From the NCBI RefSeq assembly GCF_003334255.1, contig NZ_QOWU01000013.1: a DNA stretch of 64,000 nt; one strand, given 5' to 3'. The DNA comes from Escherichia coli (GTDB lineage: Bacteria > Pseudomonadota > Gammaproteobacteria > Enterobacterales > Enterobacteriaceae). The first letter of the stretch is position 1; each line of letters begins with the position of its first letter. Below the pieces are notes generated by a model. The model saw nothing but the letters and a program-made list of their open reading frames with translations. It did not search any database and had not been told where the DNA came from. A program made the translations under genes and the position numbers. Below are positions 10,866 to 22,023 of the stretch, piece after piece.

Positions 10866-11637
10866 CGTTAAACAACGTATACGTGTTATTAAGCAACGCT
10901 TGCGCAATCTCATCCGCCGGTTCCCGGCGCAACTCGCAAAGCACGGCAAACACACGGGCAGCCTGCTCCGGGCGGTTAGGCTGCCCCTGAAAACCGTTGA
11001 GCGGCATATCCGGCGCGTCGGTTTCCAGCAATAACGATGCCAGCGGTAATTTTGCGATGACATCGCGGGTTTTACTGGCGCGTGGATAGGTGATAGTACC
11101 GCCTACGCCAATTTTGTAGCCCAGCTGTACAAACCGTTCGGCCTGTTGCAGGCTGCCGGAAAAACCGTGAACCACGCCAGTGCGCGGTAAATCGTGGCGT
11201 TTAAGATGCATCGCCAGTTTGTCGTGCGTGCGCCGTGAATGCAGGATCACCGGCAGATCGTAGCGTTTCGCCAGTTTCAGTTGTTCGTCGAGTAACCACT
11301 GCTGCCTCTCAAATTGCGGATCGTCGCCAAAGAGATCCAGACCGATCTCCCCCACCGCCACCACCTTCGCCGGACGCCTTTCCAGCGCCTGCTGTAGCTG
11401 CTCAAGAGACACATCGCTATGTTTTTCCAACATACCAGGATGCAAGCCCAATGCGGCATACAGCGGTTGATAATTTTCCGCTAATGCCAACACACGGGCA
11501 AAATTTTCCGCCTCTGTTGCCGGAACAATGATCTTGCCTACGCCCGCTTGTGCCGCGCGTTGCAGGCTGGCCTCTTCATCGCCACTAAACGGCGGGAAAT
11601 CAAAATGGCAGTGGGTGTCGATAAAACGGCAAATCAA
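10858..11637 (-). CDS. yjjV: TatD-family metal-dependent hydrolase YjjV
   Basis: 259-aa ORF MICRFIDTHCHFDFPPF... with TatD-type HxH and later His/Asp motifs. Confidence 0.9.
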   Translation of the reverse strand: MICRFIDTHCHFDFPPFSGDEEASLQRAAQAGVGKIIVPATEAENFARVLALAENYQPLYAALGLHPGMLEKHSDVSLEQLQQALERRPAKVVAVGEIGLDLFGDDPQFERQQWLLDEQLKLAKRYDLPVILHSRRTHDKLAMHLKRHDLPRTGVVHGFSGSLQQAERFVQLGYKIGVGGTITYPRASKTRDVIAKLPLASLLLETDAPDMPLNGFQGQPNRPEQAARVFAVLCELRREPADEIAQALLNNTYTLFNVP

Positions 11638-12707
11638 GCCAGATCCTCATTGTTAAATGTCGGGTCGTTCGCCTGCGGAGCGTCGCTCACTTCGGCAACC
11701 AGCGTATCGTTGGCGACTGGCGCAGGCGGAATGACAATCGATTCCGGCGTCACCACTGGCACCAGATGGCGGGTAAGCGGCGCTTTTTCAGTTAATAGCT
11801 TGCCAACCGTGGCGAGGAAATAACGACCGCATAAACGCCCAAGTTTATAGTCTTCACGCAGCGCCGGAATCCGACTGCCAAGCGCGATACTATGTAATGG
11901 CTTCGGCGGATAAATTTCGAATATCCGCAGCTTGCCCGGTGGTTTCTCAATAAATTGCTGAATGTCACGATAGCTGGTTTCATGATGCTGCACCAGATTG
12001 ACCAGCGGCTGCAGGCTACTGTCACCCAGCCAGCGTTCCATGCGTTTGAACCACTGCGGCGTGTAGTACATTTGTGACGGCACAGTGCGAATGACGACCA
12101 ACGTTTTAGCGCCCTGCCTTGCCGCCTCTTTAACCGGAATCGCATCACTGATCCCGCCATCCAGGTAGTTAATGCCTTCCAGCGACACTCCGCTACGATA
12201 AAAGCCAGGTATCGCACTGGAGGCGCGAATCACATCCAGCCAGTTTTGTTTGGTTGGTAAAAAGTAATTCGGCGCGTAGTCATCCTGACGACAGGCGCAC
12301 ATATAAAACGATTTGCCGCTGTCAAACAACCGCGCGGCGGTATCCATTTGCAACGGCATCTGGCTTGCAGTGGCCTCCACCAGCCAGTCGAGATCGATAA
12401 GATTTCCTCCACGGACAAAGCGCAATGGATCGAAAAATTCGCGTTTTGTGGTATAGCGCATGATGACTTTGCGCGCGTAACCGGGCTGATTGCAGATAAA
12501 CGCCGAGAGGTTCTGCGCCCCGGCAGATGTGCCGAGATAAAGATCGAAAGGATTAAACTGCGCGCGCATAAACTCATCCAGCACGCCAGCCGTGAAAATT
12601 CCACGCTGTCCGCCGCCTTCGCACACCAGAGCTATTCGTCCAGGCTGGAACGGCCTTAGCGACAACGGCGCAATATTACCAAGCGTTACAGGTATTCGCT
12701 GCCCCAC
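11634..12707 (-). CDS. yjjU: patatin-like phospholipase YjjU
   Basis: GGGQRG and GTSAGA patatin motifs. I prefer the GTG start at 12707, preceded by AGGAAGG (357 aa), over the TTG start at 12743 used by the ORF track. Confidence 0.85.
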   Translation of the reverse strand: MGQRIPVTLGNIAPLSLRPFQPGRIALVCEGGGQRGIFTAGVLDEFMRAQFNPFDLYLGTSAGAQNLSAFICNQPGYARKVIMRYTTKREFFDPLRFVRGGNLIDLDWLVEATASQMPLQMDTAARLFDSGKSFYMCACRQDDYAPNYFLPTKQNWLDVIRASSAIPGFYRSGVSLEGINYLDGGISDAIPVKEAARQGAKTLVVIRTVPSQMYYTPQWFKRMERWLGDSSLQPLVNLVQHHETSYRDIQQFIEKPPGKLRIFEIYPPKPLHSIALGSRIPALREDYKLGRLCGRYFLATVGKLLTEKAPLTRHLVPVVTPESIVIPPAPVANDTLVAEVSDAPQANDPTFNNEDLA

Positions 12708-12775
12708 CTCTGCCTTCCTGTTTTTGTTGTGAAAGAATGACAAAGTAACGCAATTTATTATTCGCTAAAACCGCA

Positions 12776-12800
12776 AAAGCCAGTCCGCTGGACTGGCTTT
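12776..12800 (-). terminator. hairpin terminator downstream of ytjA
   Basis: aaagccagtcc pairs with ggactggcttt across a 3-nt loop. On the minus strand it is followed by tgcggtttt. Confidence 0.55.
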
Positions 12801-12828
12801 GGATAAAATTTTCTTAATGGTCTGAAAT

Positions 12829-12990
12829 CTAGGGTCGTTTTCGGCCCATGAACAAACTCACCAGGAACAGAATAATCCCGACGACAAAGACAATTTTAGC
12901 TGCGCCTGCAGCGGTACCGGCCAGACCACCAAACCCAAGTGCGGCGGCGATTAACGCGATAACCAGAAATATGATGCCCCAACGAAACAT
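12829..12990 (-). CDS. ytjA: small membrane protein YtjA (DUF1328)
   Basis: 53 aa, [53 protein letters not shown]. An AAGGAG Shine-Dalgarno precedes this internal ATG. Confidence 0.8.
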
Positions 12991-13116
12991 AAGCGTCTCC
13001 TTTACCATAGTTAATGTCACCGCTTGATATGAGCGTGAAAATCACTCAATGCGATATTTTTAGTGTGGTGCACATCGCGCCTCCCGACAAAGTTCGGGAG
13101 GACGAATTACGACGAA

Positions 13117-13722
13117 TTACTTAGTTTTCAGATCATTTTTAACGCTTTTCACACCATCTACCGCTTTGGCGATACTTTCAGCACGGTCACTTTGTGCCTG
13201 AGAATCGACGGTACCGGAGAGCTGAACCACGCCGTCGGTGGTTTCAACTTTCACATGACGGGAAGGGACGATATCGTCCGCCAGCAGTTTGGCTTTGATT
13301 TCACTGGTGGTGGCGGTGTCACCCGCGTAGCCCTTCACCGAGCCTTCTTTAGCGTCGCGAACGTGCAGTTTGTCGCTGACAGAGGTCACCCCTTCAACGC
13401 CTTTCGCCACTTTCACTGCCTCTTCGGCCTGGGCCTGGCTTTCAACGAAACCGCTCAGGGTCACGACTTTTTGATCGGTTTTTACAGAGATATCGGTGCT
13501 CTTGATGTTGTCATGATCCACCAGGGCCGCCTTCACTTTCGCGGTGATGGCGCTGTCATCCATGAAATTACCGACTTTATTCATAGAGCTATCGACTTTT
13601 TGCCCTGCGCTTTCATTGGTAGTCTGCGCGTTGTTTTCCGCGTAGGCAGAGCCGGTCGCGACGGCAGAGGTCAACATTACAGCCAGCAGAGTTTTCGAAA
13701 TCTTCAGTCTTGTCATAGTCAT
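13117..13722 (-). CDS. osmY: periplasmic osmotically inducible protein OsmY (two BON domains)
   Basis: ORF frame trimmed to [28 protein letters not shown] (signal peptide), 201 aa. Confidence 0.95.
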
Positions 13723-14078
13723 CGATTTATTCCTGTATGTTTGCTCGTAATTTGAGCCTGGCAACACGAGGTTGCATTGCTGAATAGGGAGAGACTTCAC
13801 CCTCTACAGAAGTCAATGGTCGCCATCACAAAAGCGATGAGTGATGAATAACGACCATTACAGCCTCTGAATCAGTTATTAATATCGGTAGAATGACAAT
13901 CGACGGCTTTAGATACTGATATCTACGCATTGAACGGTATTTAACGCCGTCAGAAATGTCATCACTTTGTTAAATATAGATCACAATTTTGAAACCGCTC
14001 GGGATATCAGCGAAAACATAAGCAAAAGTGAATGTTTTAAGAACATTCCGTAAGCGGCTAATAAGGAAGGGAAATTGA

Positions 14079-14104
14079 CAGGGCGCAGCGGCTACCGCGC
14101 CCTG
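14079..14104 (-). terminator. hairpin just downstream of prfC
   Basis: cagggcgc pairs with gcgccctg across a 10-nt loop, 11 nt after the prfC stop. The T tract is weak. Confidence 0.45.
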
Positions 14105-14114
14105 GAGGCAAGAA

Positions 14115-15704
14115 TTAATGCTCGCGGGTCTGGTGGAACTGAACGTCCGGATAACGTTCCTGTGCCAGGCGCAGGTTGACCATGCTGGTAGCGATGTAAG
14201 CGAGGTTATCGCCGCCATCAAGCGCCAGTTGGCTTTCGTTCTTACGCTTGAACTCTTCGAATTTCTTCGCGTCTGCACATTCTACCCAGCGGGCAGTGGC
14301 AACGTTGACTGACTCATACACTGCTTCAACGTTGTATTCGCTCTTCAGGCGCGCTACCACCACATCAAACTGCAGCACACCAACTGCACCAACGATCAGA
14401 TCGTTGTTGGAGATTGGACGGAACACCTGCACCGCGCCCTCTTCGGAAAGCTGTACCAGCCCTTTGAGCAGCTGTTTTTGCTTCAGCGGATCTTTCAGGC
14501 GGATACGACGGAACAGTTCTGGTGCGAAGTTCGGAATACCGGTGAACTTCATCATCTCACCCTGGGTAAAGGTGTCGCCGATCTGAATGGTGCCGTGGTT
14601 GTGCAGGCCGAGGATATCGCCCGGATACGCTTCTTCAACGTGCGAACGGTCACCCGCCATAAAGGTCAGCGCGTCGGAGATCACCACATCTTTCGCAGTG
14701 CGCACCTGGCGCAGTTTCATGCCTTTTTCATATTTACCGGACACCACACGCATAAACGCCACGCGGTCGCGGTGTTTCGGGTCCATGTTGGCCTGAATTT
14801 TAAATACGAAGCCGGTAAATTTATCTTCGCTCGCTTCTACGGTACGGGTATCAGTCTGACGCGGCATCGGCGCAGGTGCCCACTCCACCAGGCCATCCAA
14901 CATATGATCGACGCCGAAGTTACCCAGCGCAGTACCGAAGAATACCGGAGTGATTTCGCCCGCAAGGAACAGCTCTTTGTCGAACTCGTTAGACGCGCCT
15001 TTCACCAGTTCCAGTTCGTCACGCAGCTGCTGTGCCAGATCTTCACCAACCGCAGCATCGAGATCCGGGTTATTCAGCCCTTTAACAATGCGGACTTCCT
15101 GAATGGTGTGGCCTTTACCGCTCTGATAGAGATAGGTTTCGTCTTTATAAAGGTGGTAAACGCCTTTAAACAGCTTGCCGCAGCCAATCGGCCAGGTGAT
15201 CGGCGCACAGCCGATTTTCAGCTCGTTCTCAACTTCATCGAGCAGCTCCATCGGGTCGCGGATATCACGGTCAAGTTTGTTCATAAAGGTGAGGATCGGC
15301 GTGTCGCGCAGACGGGTAACTTCCATCAGCTTACGGGTACGATCTTCAACACCTTTTGCGGCGTCGATAACCATCAGGCAGCAGTCCACCGCCGTCAGGG
15401 TACGATAGGTATCTTCCGAGAAGTCTTCGTGCCCCGGGGTGTCGAGCAGGTTAACCAGGCAATCGTGATACGGAAACTGCATCACAGACGTAGTAATGGA
15501 GATCCCACGCTGCTTTTCCATCTCCATCCAGTCCGACTTAGCGTGCTGGTTGGAACCACGGCCTTTTACTGTACCGGCGGTCTGAATGGCCTGTCCGAAC
15601 AGCAGCACCTTCTCGGTGATGGTAGTCTTACCGGCGTCCGGGTGAGAAATAATGGCAAAAGTGCGGCGCTTCGCCACCTCTTGCAAATAAGGAGACAACG
15701 TCAT
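14115..15704 (-). CDS. prfC: peptide chain release factor 3
   Basis: ORF frame trimmed to [28 protein letters not shown] (529 aa) with a GTPase P-loop. Confidence 0.97.
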
Positions 15705-15794
15705 AATTCTTTCTTCTTGAGTAAGCGGCATCGCGCCGCGCTTGTTGAAAACGAAAAATTGCGGCTATTTTACCCATCAACGGGGGGGAGGCAA

Positions 15795-16472
15795 TCAGTG
15801 TTTACACAGGAGCTGCTCCAGTTCGTGCAACGAAGAAACGGTCCAGGTGGGCGCGATGCCTTCTGGTTGCTCGCGATGGTGTGCATTCAGCCAGCAGGTC
15901 GCAAGCCCGGCGTTGATGCCACCGAGAATATCGGACTCGGCAGTGTCGCCAACCATCAGCACGCGTGAACGGTCAGGATTGCCCGCCTGTTCCAGCGCAT
16001 AATCGAAAATTTTCTTATTCGGTTTGGCAACGCCAACTTCTTCGGAAATCACCAGCAAATCGAAGTAATCACGCAGGCCCGTGCGTTCCAGACGTACCTG
16101 TTGCAAGGCACTAAAGCCGTTGGTGATGATGCCGATTTTGGCGTTGCCACGAATGGCGTTAAGCAGAGAAACCGCGCCCGGCAGCGGCGTGCAGATTTCC
16201 GCCATCGCATTAATAAAGGCTTCGTTGAGTTTACCTGGCTCGACGTTCAGCCGTTCGGCCCAGCTCTCAAACCGCCCGTGCTGAAGCTGTAATGAAGTGA
16301 TCGCGCCGTTTTGATAATCCACCCACAGTGGCTTGTTAACGGCCTGATAGTCCTGAAAATCTTCAGCGGTAAAGGTGACGCTGTAATCAAGAAACATCCG
16401 CTGCAGGCCGGTGAATGAGTCAAAGGTAAACAGCGTTTCATCGGCATCAAAGAAAATCCAGTCCCACTTCAT
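15795..16472 (-). CDS. yjjG: HAD-family pyrimidine 5'-nucleotidase YjjG
   Basis: 225-aa ORF with the [12 protein letters not shown] motif I. Confidence 0.95.
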
Positions 16473-16486
16473 TATTCCACCTTGTA

Positions 16487-16933
16487 TTACATACTGATTG
16501 GCAACGCCATGATGATGGCGTCTTCGCGACCGTCCGTGGTGGGGTAGTAATTGCGGCGAATCGTCGCCTCGTTAAAGCCTAAACTTTCGTACAGGGCAAT
16601 GGCGGCAGCGTTTGAAGCACGGACTTCCAGCCATAGTGTCGCCACGCCGCGTTTTTCCAGTTCGTCGATCAGATGTTCCAGCAGCGCCCTTCCCAATCCC
16701 TGACGCTGATAGTCAGGATCGACCGCAATATTGAACAATGTAGCTTCATCCAGCACCACTTGCGTAATCGCAAACGCCGCCATTTTGCCGTTTTGCGTTA
16801 ACTGAAAGTTGAGATAACGCTCGCCCTGGTTGCTGGCAAACGTTTTTTCACTCCACGGAAAGGCGTGGGCGCGTTGTTCAATGTGGTAAGCCGCCGGTAA
16901 ATCAGTCGTTTCGAGGGAAGAAATCGTGTTCAT
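16487..16933 (-). CDS. rimI: ribosomal protein S18 alanine N-acetyltransferase RimI
   Basis: 148-aa GNAT ORF containing [13 protein letters not shown]. Confidence 0.95.
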
Positions 16934-17315
16934 ATGTGCAAATTTGTTGCCATAACGCGGCGCGTGCCGTTGGGTTTGCCCGTAAATCGGTGAGCGCCGG
17001 TGATGCCACCTGAGCGCCTTCCAGTGATAGCGGTTCGTCAGTACCCAACCGCCAACTGTTGCAGTGACTGCCTTGCGGCAGCATCGCGATTTTTTCTGGC
17101 GTCAGTTGCAGCACCTGGTCGGGGCTGACGGTTAATGCGCGCAGAACATCGCTCACTAAAGGATCAGTCAGGGCGGGAAGATCGTTTGCCACCATCACCA
17201 GACGGACGTGTGCCGGGATCGCAATGGCAATCTCCCCCTGCAACGCGCCAGGGCGACGCAGCGACCACTGGGTAATGCCCAGTTGCTGTAACTGCCAGTC
17301 TCGTCGGGATGTCAT
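16902..17315 (-). CDS. holD: DNA polymerase III psi subunit HolD
   Basis: 137-aa ORF MTSRRDWQLQQLGITQWSLRRP.... Its 3' end overlaps the rimI start by 32 nt. Confidence 0.95.
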   Translation of the reverse strand: MTSRRDWQLQQLGITQWSLRRPGALQGEIAIAIPAHVRLVMVANDLPALTDPLVSDVLRALTVSPDQVLQLTPEKIAMLPQGSHCNSWRLGTDEPLSLEGAQVASPALTDLRANPTARAALWQQICTYEHDFFPRND

Positions 17316-17417
17316 AGCGAATCGCTCCTGTTGTCAGGGGCGCAAATATAGCAAATTCGTCGATACCGCGCCAACATATGGCTATAATCGCCGCCAGTAT
17401 CAATTGAGGAGCATTCC

Positions 17418-18449
17418 ATGTCTGCATTTACCCCGGCAAGTGAAGTCTTGCTGCGTCACAGTGATGATTTCGAACAAAGCCGTATTCTGTTTGCCGGAGA
17501 CTTACAGGATGACCTGCCCGCGCGTTTAGATACCGCGGCCAGCCGTGCTCATACCCAGCAATTCCACCACTGGCAGGTATTAAGCCGCCAGATGGGGGAT
17601 AACGCCCGTTTCAGTCTGGTCGCCACGGCGGATGACGTCGCAGATTGCGATACGCTGATTTACTACTGGCCGAAGAACAAACCGGAAGCCCAGTTCCAGT
17701 TGATGAATTTACTTTCTCTGCTGCCAGTGGGGACAGATATTTTTGTCGTTGGCGAGAACCGCAGCGGCGTGCGCAGCGCCGAGCAGATGCTGGCAGATTA
17801 TGCGCCGTTGAATAAAGTCGACAGCGCTCGTCGCTGTGGCCTCTATTTTGGTCGTCTGGAAAAACAGCCGGTATTTGATGCGGAGAAATTCTGGGGCGAA
17901 TACAGCGTCGATGGCCTGACGGTCAAAACGCTGCCTGGCGTGTTTAGCCGCGACGGTCTGGATGTCGGTAGCCAGTTGCTGCTCTCGACGTTAACTCCGC
18001 ACACGAAAGGTAAAGTGCTGGATGTCGGCTGTGGCGCGGGCGTGCTTTCAGTTGCCTTTGCGCGCCATTCGCCGAAAATTCGTCTCACCTTGTGCGATGT
18101 CTCTGCCCCGGCGGTAGAAGCCAGCCGCGCAACACTTGCGGCCAACGGTGTTGAAGGTGAAGTCTTTGCCAGCAACGTCTTTTCCGAGGTGAAAGGTCGT
18201 TTTGATATGATCATCTCCAACCCGCCGTTCCACGATGGGATGCAAACCAGCCTGGATGCGGCGCAAACGCTGATTCGCGGTGCGGTGCGTCATCTTAATA
18301 GCGGCGGCGAGCTGCGAATTGTAGCGAACGCCTTCCTGCCTTATCCGGACGTGCTGGATGAGACATTTGGCTTCCACGAAGTGATCGCGCAAACAGGGCG
18401 CTTCAAGGTGTATCGCGCCATTATGACCCGCCAGGCGAAGAAAGGTTAA
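17418..18449 (+). CDS. rsmC: 16S rRNA m2G1207 methyltransferase RsmC
   Basis: 343-aa ORF with [12 protein letters not shown] and NPPFH motifs. Confidence 0.95.
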   Translation: MSAFTPASEVLLRHSDDFEQSRILFAGDLQDDLPARLDTAASRAHTQQFHHWQVLSRQMGDNARFSLVATADDVADCDTLIYYWPKNKPEAQFQLMNLLSLLPVGTDIFVVGENRSGVRSAEQMLADYAPLNKVDSARRCGLYFGRLEKQPVFDAEKFWGEYSVDGLTVKTLPGVFSRDGLDVGSQLLLSTLTPHTKGKVLDVGCGAGVLSVAFARHSPKIRLTLCDVSAPAVEASRATLAANGVEGEVFASNVFSEVKGRFDMIISNPPFHDGMQTSLDAAQTLIRGAVRHLNSGGELRIVANAFLPYPDVLDETFGFHEVIAQTGRFKVYRAIMTRQAKKG

Positions 18450-18467
18450 TTATCTCGCCGAATACCG

Positions 18468-18560
<93 letters not shown>

Positions 18561-18647
18561 ATCTGCCCCCGCATGCATACCAAACCTGCACGCTAGTTTC
18601 CTGATGGACATTTTTCCAGCAATTACACCTCTGTCGATAATTAACTA

Positions 18648-18675
18648 TTGACGAAAAGCTGAAAACCACTAGAAT
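18648..18675 (+). promoter_or_regulatory. sigma-70 promoter of the leu-tRNA gene
   Basis: TTGACG (18648-18653), a 16-nt spacer, then TAGAAT (18670-18675). A GC-rich discriminator (gcgcc) follows, and the site lies about 40 nt upstream of the tRNA. Confidence 0.7.
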
Positions 18676-18716
18676 GCGCCTCCGTGGTAGCAATTCTTTT
18701 TAAGAATTGATGGTAT

Positions 18717-18803
18717 GCGAAGGTGGCGGAATTGGTAGACGCGCTAGCTTCAGGTGTTAGTGTCCTTACGGACGTGGGGGTTCAAGTCCCCCCCCTCGCA
18801 CCA
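18717..18803 (+). tRNA. leuV: tRNA-Leu (anticodon CAG)
   Basis: 87 nt, GCGAAGGTGGCGGAATTGGTAGACGCGCTAGCTTCAGGTGTTAGTGTCCTTACGGACGTGGGGGTTCAAGTCCCCCCCCTCGCACCA. The anticodon CAG is at 18751-18753, with a long variable arm and an encoded CCA. Confidence 0.97.
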
Positions 18804-18841
18804 ATTATCTTTACTTCCTTTCTTGTTTCTTCCTTGATTTT

Positions 18842-19078
18842 TCATCCCTGATTCAAATTCATTATCATCAGCATGATGCCAGCAATAAGTGCCAGGCACG
18901 ATGGTAGCAAAATGTAATGCCGCAACTGTTTGTGATACAGCATCATCGGCGTCAATACTAATCCCATCAGAATGACAATCCGCCACTGATCTGACGATAA
19001 ATCCGCATACATCAGCCCTGCAATCAGCAATCCCGGCAGCAACACTCCCCAGCCACTGCCCAGCGTACGTTGCAACAT
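18842..19078 (-). CDS. yjjZ: small membrane protein YjjZ
   Basis: ORF frame trimmed to MLQRTLGSGWGVLLPGLLIAGLMY... (78 aa). It is divergent from fhuF and shares the Fur-box region with it. Confidence 0.7.
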   Translation of the reverse strand: MLQRTLGSGWGVLLPGLLIAGLMYADLSSDQWRIVILMGLVLTPMMLYHKQLRHYILLPSCLALIAGIMLMIMNLNQG

Positions 19079-19096
19079 GATTTCATCTCTTTCATT

Positions 19097-19115
19097 GATA
19101 ATGATAACCAATATC
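19097..19115. promoter_or_regulatory. Fur box in the yjjZ-fhuF divergent region
   Basis: GATAATGATAACCAATATC matches 17/19 positions of GATAATGATAATCATTATC. A second half-site, AATCATTATCAT, sits at 19188-19199. Confidence 0.7.
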
Positions 19116-19218
19116 ATATGATAATTTTTATCATTTGCAAGCCAGATAAATCCCTTGCTATCGGGTAAACCTATCGCTAGGATTAGCAATCATTATCATT
19201 TAGATTACTATCCCGATT

Positions 19219-20007
19219 ATGGCCTATCGTTCCGCACCGCTCTATGAAGATGTCATCTGGCGAACGCATCTCCAGCCGCAGGATCCCACGCTTGCGCAAG
19301 CCGTGCGGGCGACGATCGCAAAACATCGTGAACATTTGCTGGAGTTTATCCGCCTGGATGAACCTGCCCCACTTAACGCCATGACGCTGGCGCAATGGTC
19401 ATCACCGAATGTGCTAAGTTCTCTGCTGGCGGTCTATTCCGATCATATCTATCGCAACCAACCGATGATGATCCGCGAGAACAAACCGCTGATCTCACTA
19501 TGGGCACAATGGTATATCGGCCTGATGGTGCCACCATTAATGCTGGCGCTACTGACGCAGGAAAAGGCATTAGATGTGTCGCCGGAACATTTCCATGCTG
19601 AGTTTCACGAAACCGGACGCGTCGCCTGTTTCTGGGTCGATGTGTGTGAAGATAAAAACGCAACACCACATTCGCCGCAGCATCGAATGGAAACGTTAAT
19701 CAGCCAGGCGCTGGTTCCGGTTGTGCAAGCACTAGAAGCGACCGGAGAGATCAACGGCAAACTTATCTGGAGTAATACCGGTTATTTGATCAACTGGTAT
19801 CTCACTGAGATGAAGCAACTGCTCGGCGAGGCTACTGTTGAATCGCTGCGCCATGCCCTCTTTTTTGAGAAAACGCTCACGAACGGTGAAGATAATCCAC
19901 TCTGGCGTACCGTGGTACTGCGCGACGGCCTGCTGGTGCGCCGCACTTGCTGCCAGCGTTATCGCTTACCGGATGTGCAGCAATGTGGCGATTGTACGCT
20001 GAAATGA
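19219..20007 (+). CDS. fhuF: ferric-siderophore reductase FhuF (2Fe-2S)
   Basis: 262-aa ORF with the C-terminal cysteine motif CCQRYRLPDVQQCGDC. Confidence 0.95.
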   Translation: MAYRSAPLYEDVIWRTHLQPQDPTLAQAVRATIAKHREHLLEFIRLDEPAPLNAMTLAQWSSPNVLSSLLAVYSDHIYRNQPMMIRENKPLISLWAQWYIGLMVPPLMLALLTQEKALDVSPEHFHAEFHETGRVACFWVDVCEDKNATPHSPQHRMETLISQALVPVVQALEATGEINGKLIWSNTGYLINWYLTEMKQLLGEATVESLRHALFFEKTLTNGEDNPLWRTVVLRDGLLVRRTCCQRYRLPDVQQCGDCTLK

Positions 20008-20013
20008 AAGCAC

Positions 20014-20035
20014 TGCCGGGGAAGTAAACCCGGCA
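20014..20035. terminator. hairpin between convergent fhuF and bglJ
   Basis: tgccggg pairs with cccggca across an 8-nt loop. Confidence 0.45.
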
Positions 20036-20044
20036 TCATGCGGA

Positions 20045-20722
20045 TTAATAGGGATGCAACACATTACTTGTTTCGCAATGCCGCATACATAACAGAATAT
20101 CTGCGGCCTCCAACAACCCTGCGTCAGAACTGACGCCCAGTTTCGACATCACATTAAATTTATGTGCACGGATCGTTTTGATATTGCGTTTAAGCTGCTC
20201 GGCAATTTGTGTCATTGAGTAGCCACGCGACATAAAGCGCAATATTTCTCTCTCCGTCGGGCTTAACGTCCGGCTTTGGTTAATGTACCACTGATTGTTC
20301 AGTCGGTCGGTCGCCTGACGTACACCATTTAATGACAAAAAGAGTTCCTGATGAAAAATCTCCAGCGTTGACGCTTTACTTAATACACCGTCCAGCGGTG
20401 ATGGCGACAATGAACCAATCAGCCGAGCTTCAATATCATCATCCGCAATAACTAAACGCCGGGTACGCGGAAACTTAATCGCCAGTTCAGTCAGGCAAGA
20501 TAATCCCTCTCTGCGCTCACTTCTCATGGCAGAAAAAGAAAAAATGACCGCCGCAAACGAGATCCGCGACATGGCATCCTGAAATGACTCCTGACTGGTA
20601 TAGGTATGGAGCTTATAAGGGTTACCCGCAAACTTTCTGAATAAACTCTCAATACCGATACTACTCATGACGCATTTTTCTATGAGTGCGACATTTCTCT
20701 TCTTAATTCGGCTGTGTTCCAT
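20045..20722 (-). CDS. bglJ: LuxR/FixJ-type transcriptional activator BglJ
   Basis: 225-aa ORF with the C-terminal Lux[29 protein letters not shown]. Confidence 0.9.
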
Positions 20723-21405
20723 TCTGCGGCATCTCCATAAACAGAAGGCAAGTTAAGTTCTCTTGCACCCTGCGCGCTATTTATCCATGCATACATTTCA
20801 GCGTTGCTGTGAATTGCCAGTCGACGCATCGCACTGTTTTTTTGGGCGCTGATAGTTTTATTACTTTTCTTAAGCAATGAAGCTATCTGGTTGATGCCCC
20901 ATCCTTTACCTAATAGCCGCAGTACCTTGCGCTCTGAAAGAGTGAGAATGACGGAGCGATAGCTAAAATCATGAGTTTCAGTCATTGCCGGGGAGGTCAG
21001 CATGGCGCTGATACGCTCTGCGTGCGTATTGCCGGAACGTACGGTCTTGACCAGATTCTCAATGGGTTCAACATCAGACAATAACGTCGCCGTAGGGCAC
21101 ATGAGCAGTTCTACTGCCTGGGAATACCAGGAGCGTGACACCATGAAAACCCAGTGAATTTCCCGATATTGTGAGATTAAAGAATAATAATGTTCACAAA
21201 CAGAACGTGGATCTTCACTTTCACCGGCTAAATCAGCAATGACTAATCCGGAACGACGTAATTGTAATAAGGTAAGGTCCTCCGCAGAGGCGCTGGATAT
21301 TATTTCATATTCAGGGAAGTGAGTCCTCATGACCTCTTTTAACCCTGCTTGCATAACAGGTATTTTACTGATAACAATTCCATTTTTGCAGCATCCTGGC
21401 AACAT
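20680..21405 (-). CDS. yjjQ: LuxR-type regulator YjjQ
   Basis: 241-aa ORF with the Lux[27 protein letters not shown]. It overlaps the bglJ start by 43 nt. Confidence 0.9.
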
Positions 21406-22023
21406 ATTTCCTCCACATCCACTGTCTAAAAATTATGATGGTTTATTCAGGATATTCATTCCTTAAATGTTTCCAGCAAATTAATAGATTAAGCGAATAA
21501 ATTATCCTTAGCATTCACTTTCATATCAGCATACTCCTGCTGCACAACAACTCCACTGCATGTGTCAGAAGGTTAGCATCAAATGATAACCTGGTGAAAT
21601 AGCCTGGAGACATTTAAAATATCTACATTAAGTTGTTAGGAATACTTAATGAAAAACAGAAATCACATTCATTTAATTTATAATTAAATGATATCCCTTC
21701 CCGCAGAATGCAAAATCACACAACCAATATTTATTCAATGAAATCTGATGGTTTTAGCTTGTTAACATTAAAAAACGTGCCCGGTTATCTATTATCCTGA
21801 TTCGTAAAGGCCAAACAATAAATTCATTATGATGATAATATTCATGTGATAGTTTGTTTGCGGCGAGAGATAATTCGCTTTTTATCACCGAGCTTCTCCC
21901 GATAACCAGGATTAATCAGCGCAATTTTGATCTTAACCTACCGCAAAACAACCGTGCTTCATGATACAAATGGATTCTCATTATCTGAACAATACGCAGC
22001 ACGTCTATGACAAAGGGCGAGTT

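Noticed and set aside
10269-11063. Cluster of 69-118-aa ORFs on both strands with near-identical arginine-rich sequences (…CRMRRERLIRPTVRH…)
   Set aside because: They are translations of the 101-bp REP/BIME tandem array. The repeated peptide simply mirrors the DNA repeat. No ribosome-binding sites are present, and the region is non-coding in known E. coli annotation.
14478-15968. 496-aa ORF antisense to prfC. Similar long antisense ORFs lie opposite btsT (34200..35750, 516 aa), deoA (5516..6415), deoC (7046..7822), deoB (4427..5239), deoD (3606..4259), yjjW (9593..10339), yjiN (50699..51427) and yjiA (36365..37048)
   Set aside because: These are mirror-frame ORFs typical of codon-biased genes. 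Their products are low-complexity and Arg/His/Gln-rich with no recognisable motifs. In every case the sense strand encodes a well-recognised protein.
18750-18986. 78-aa minus-strand ORF overlapping the tRNA-Leu gene; also a check for an integrase or island at the tRNA
   Set aside because: The ORF overlaps the tRNA body and has no start context. No integrase, attachment-site duplicate of the tRNA 3' end, or foreign DNA follows the tRNA. yjjZ and fhuF follow as in K-12.
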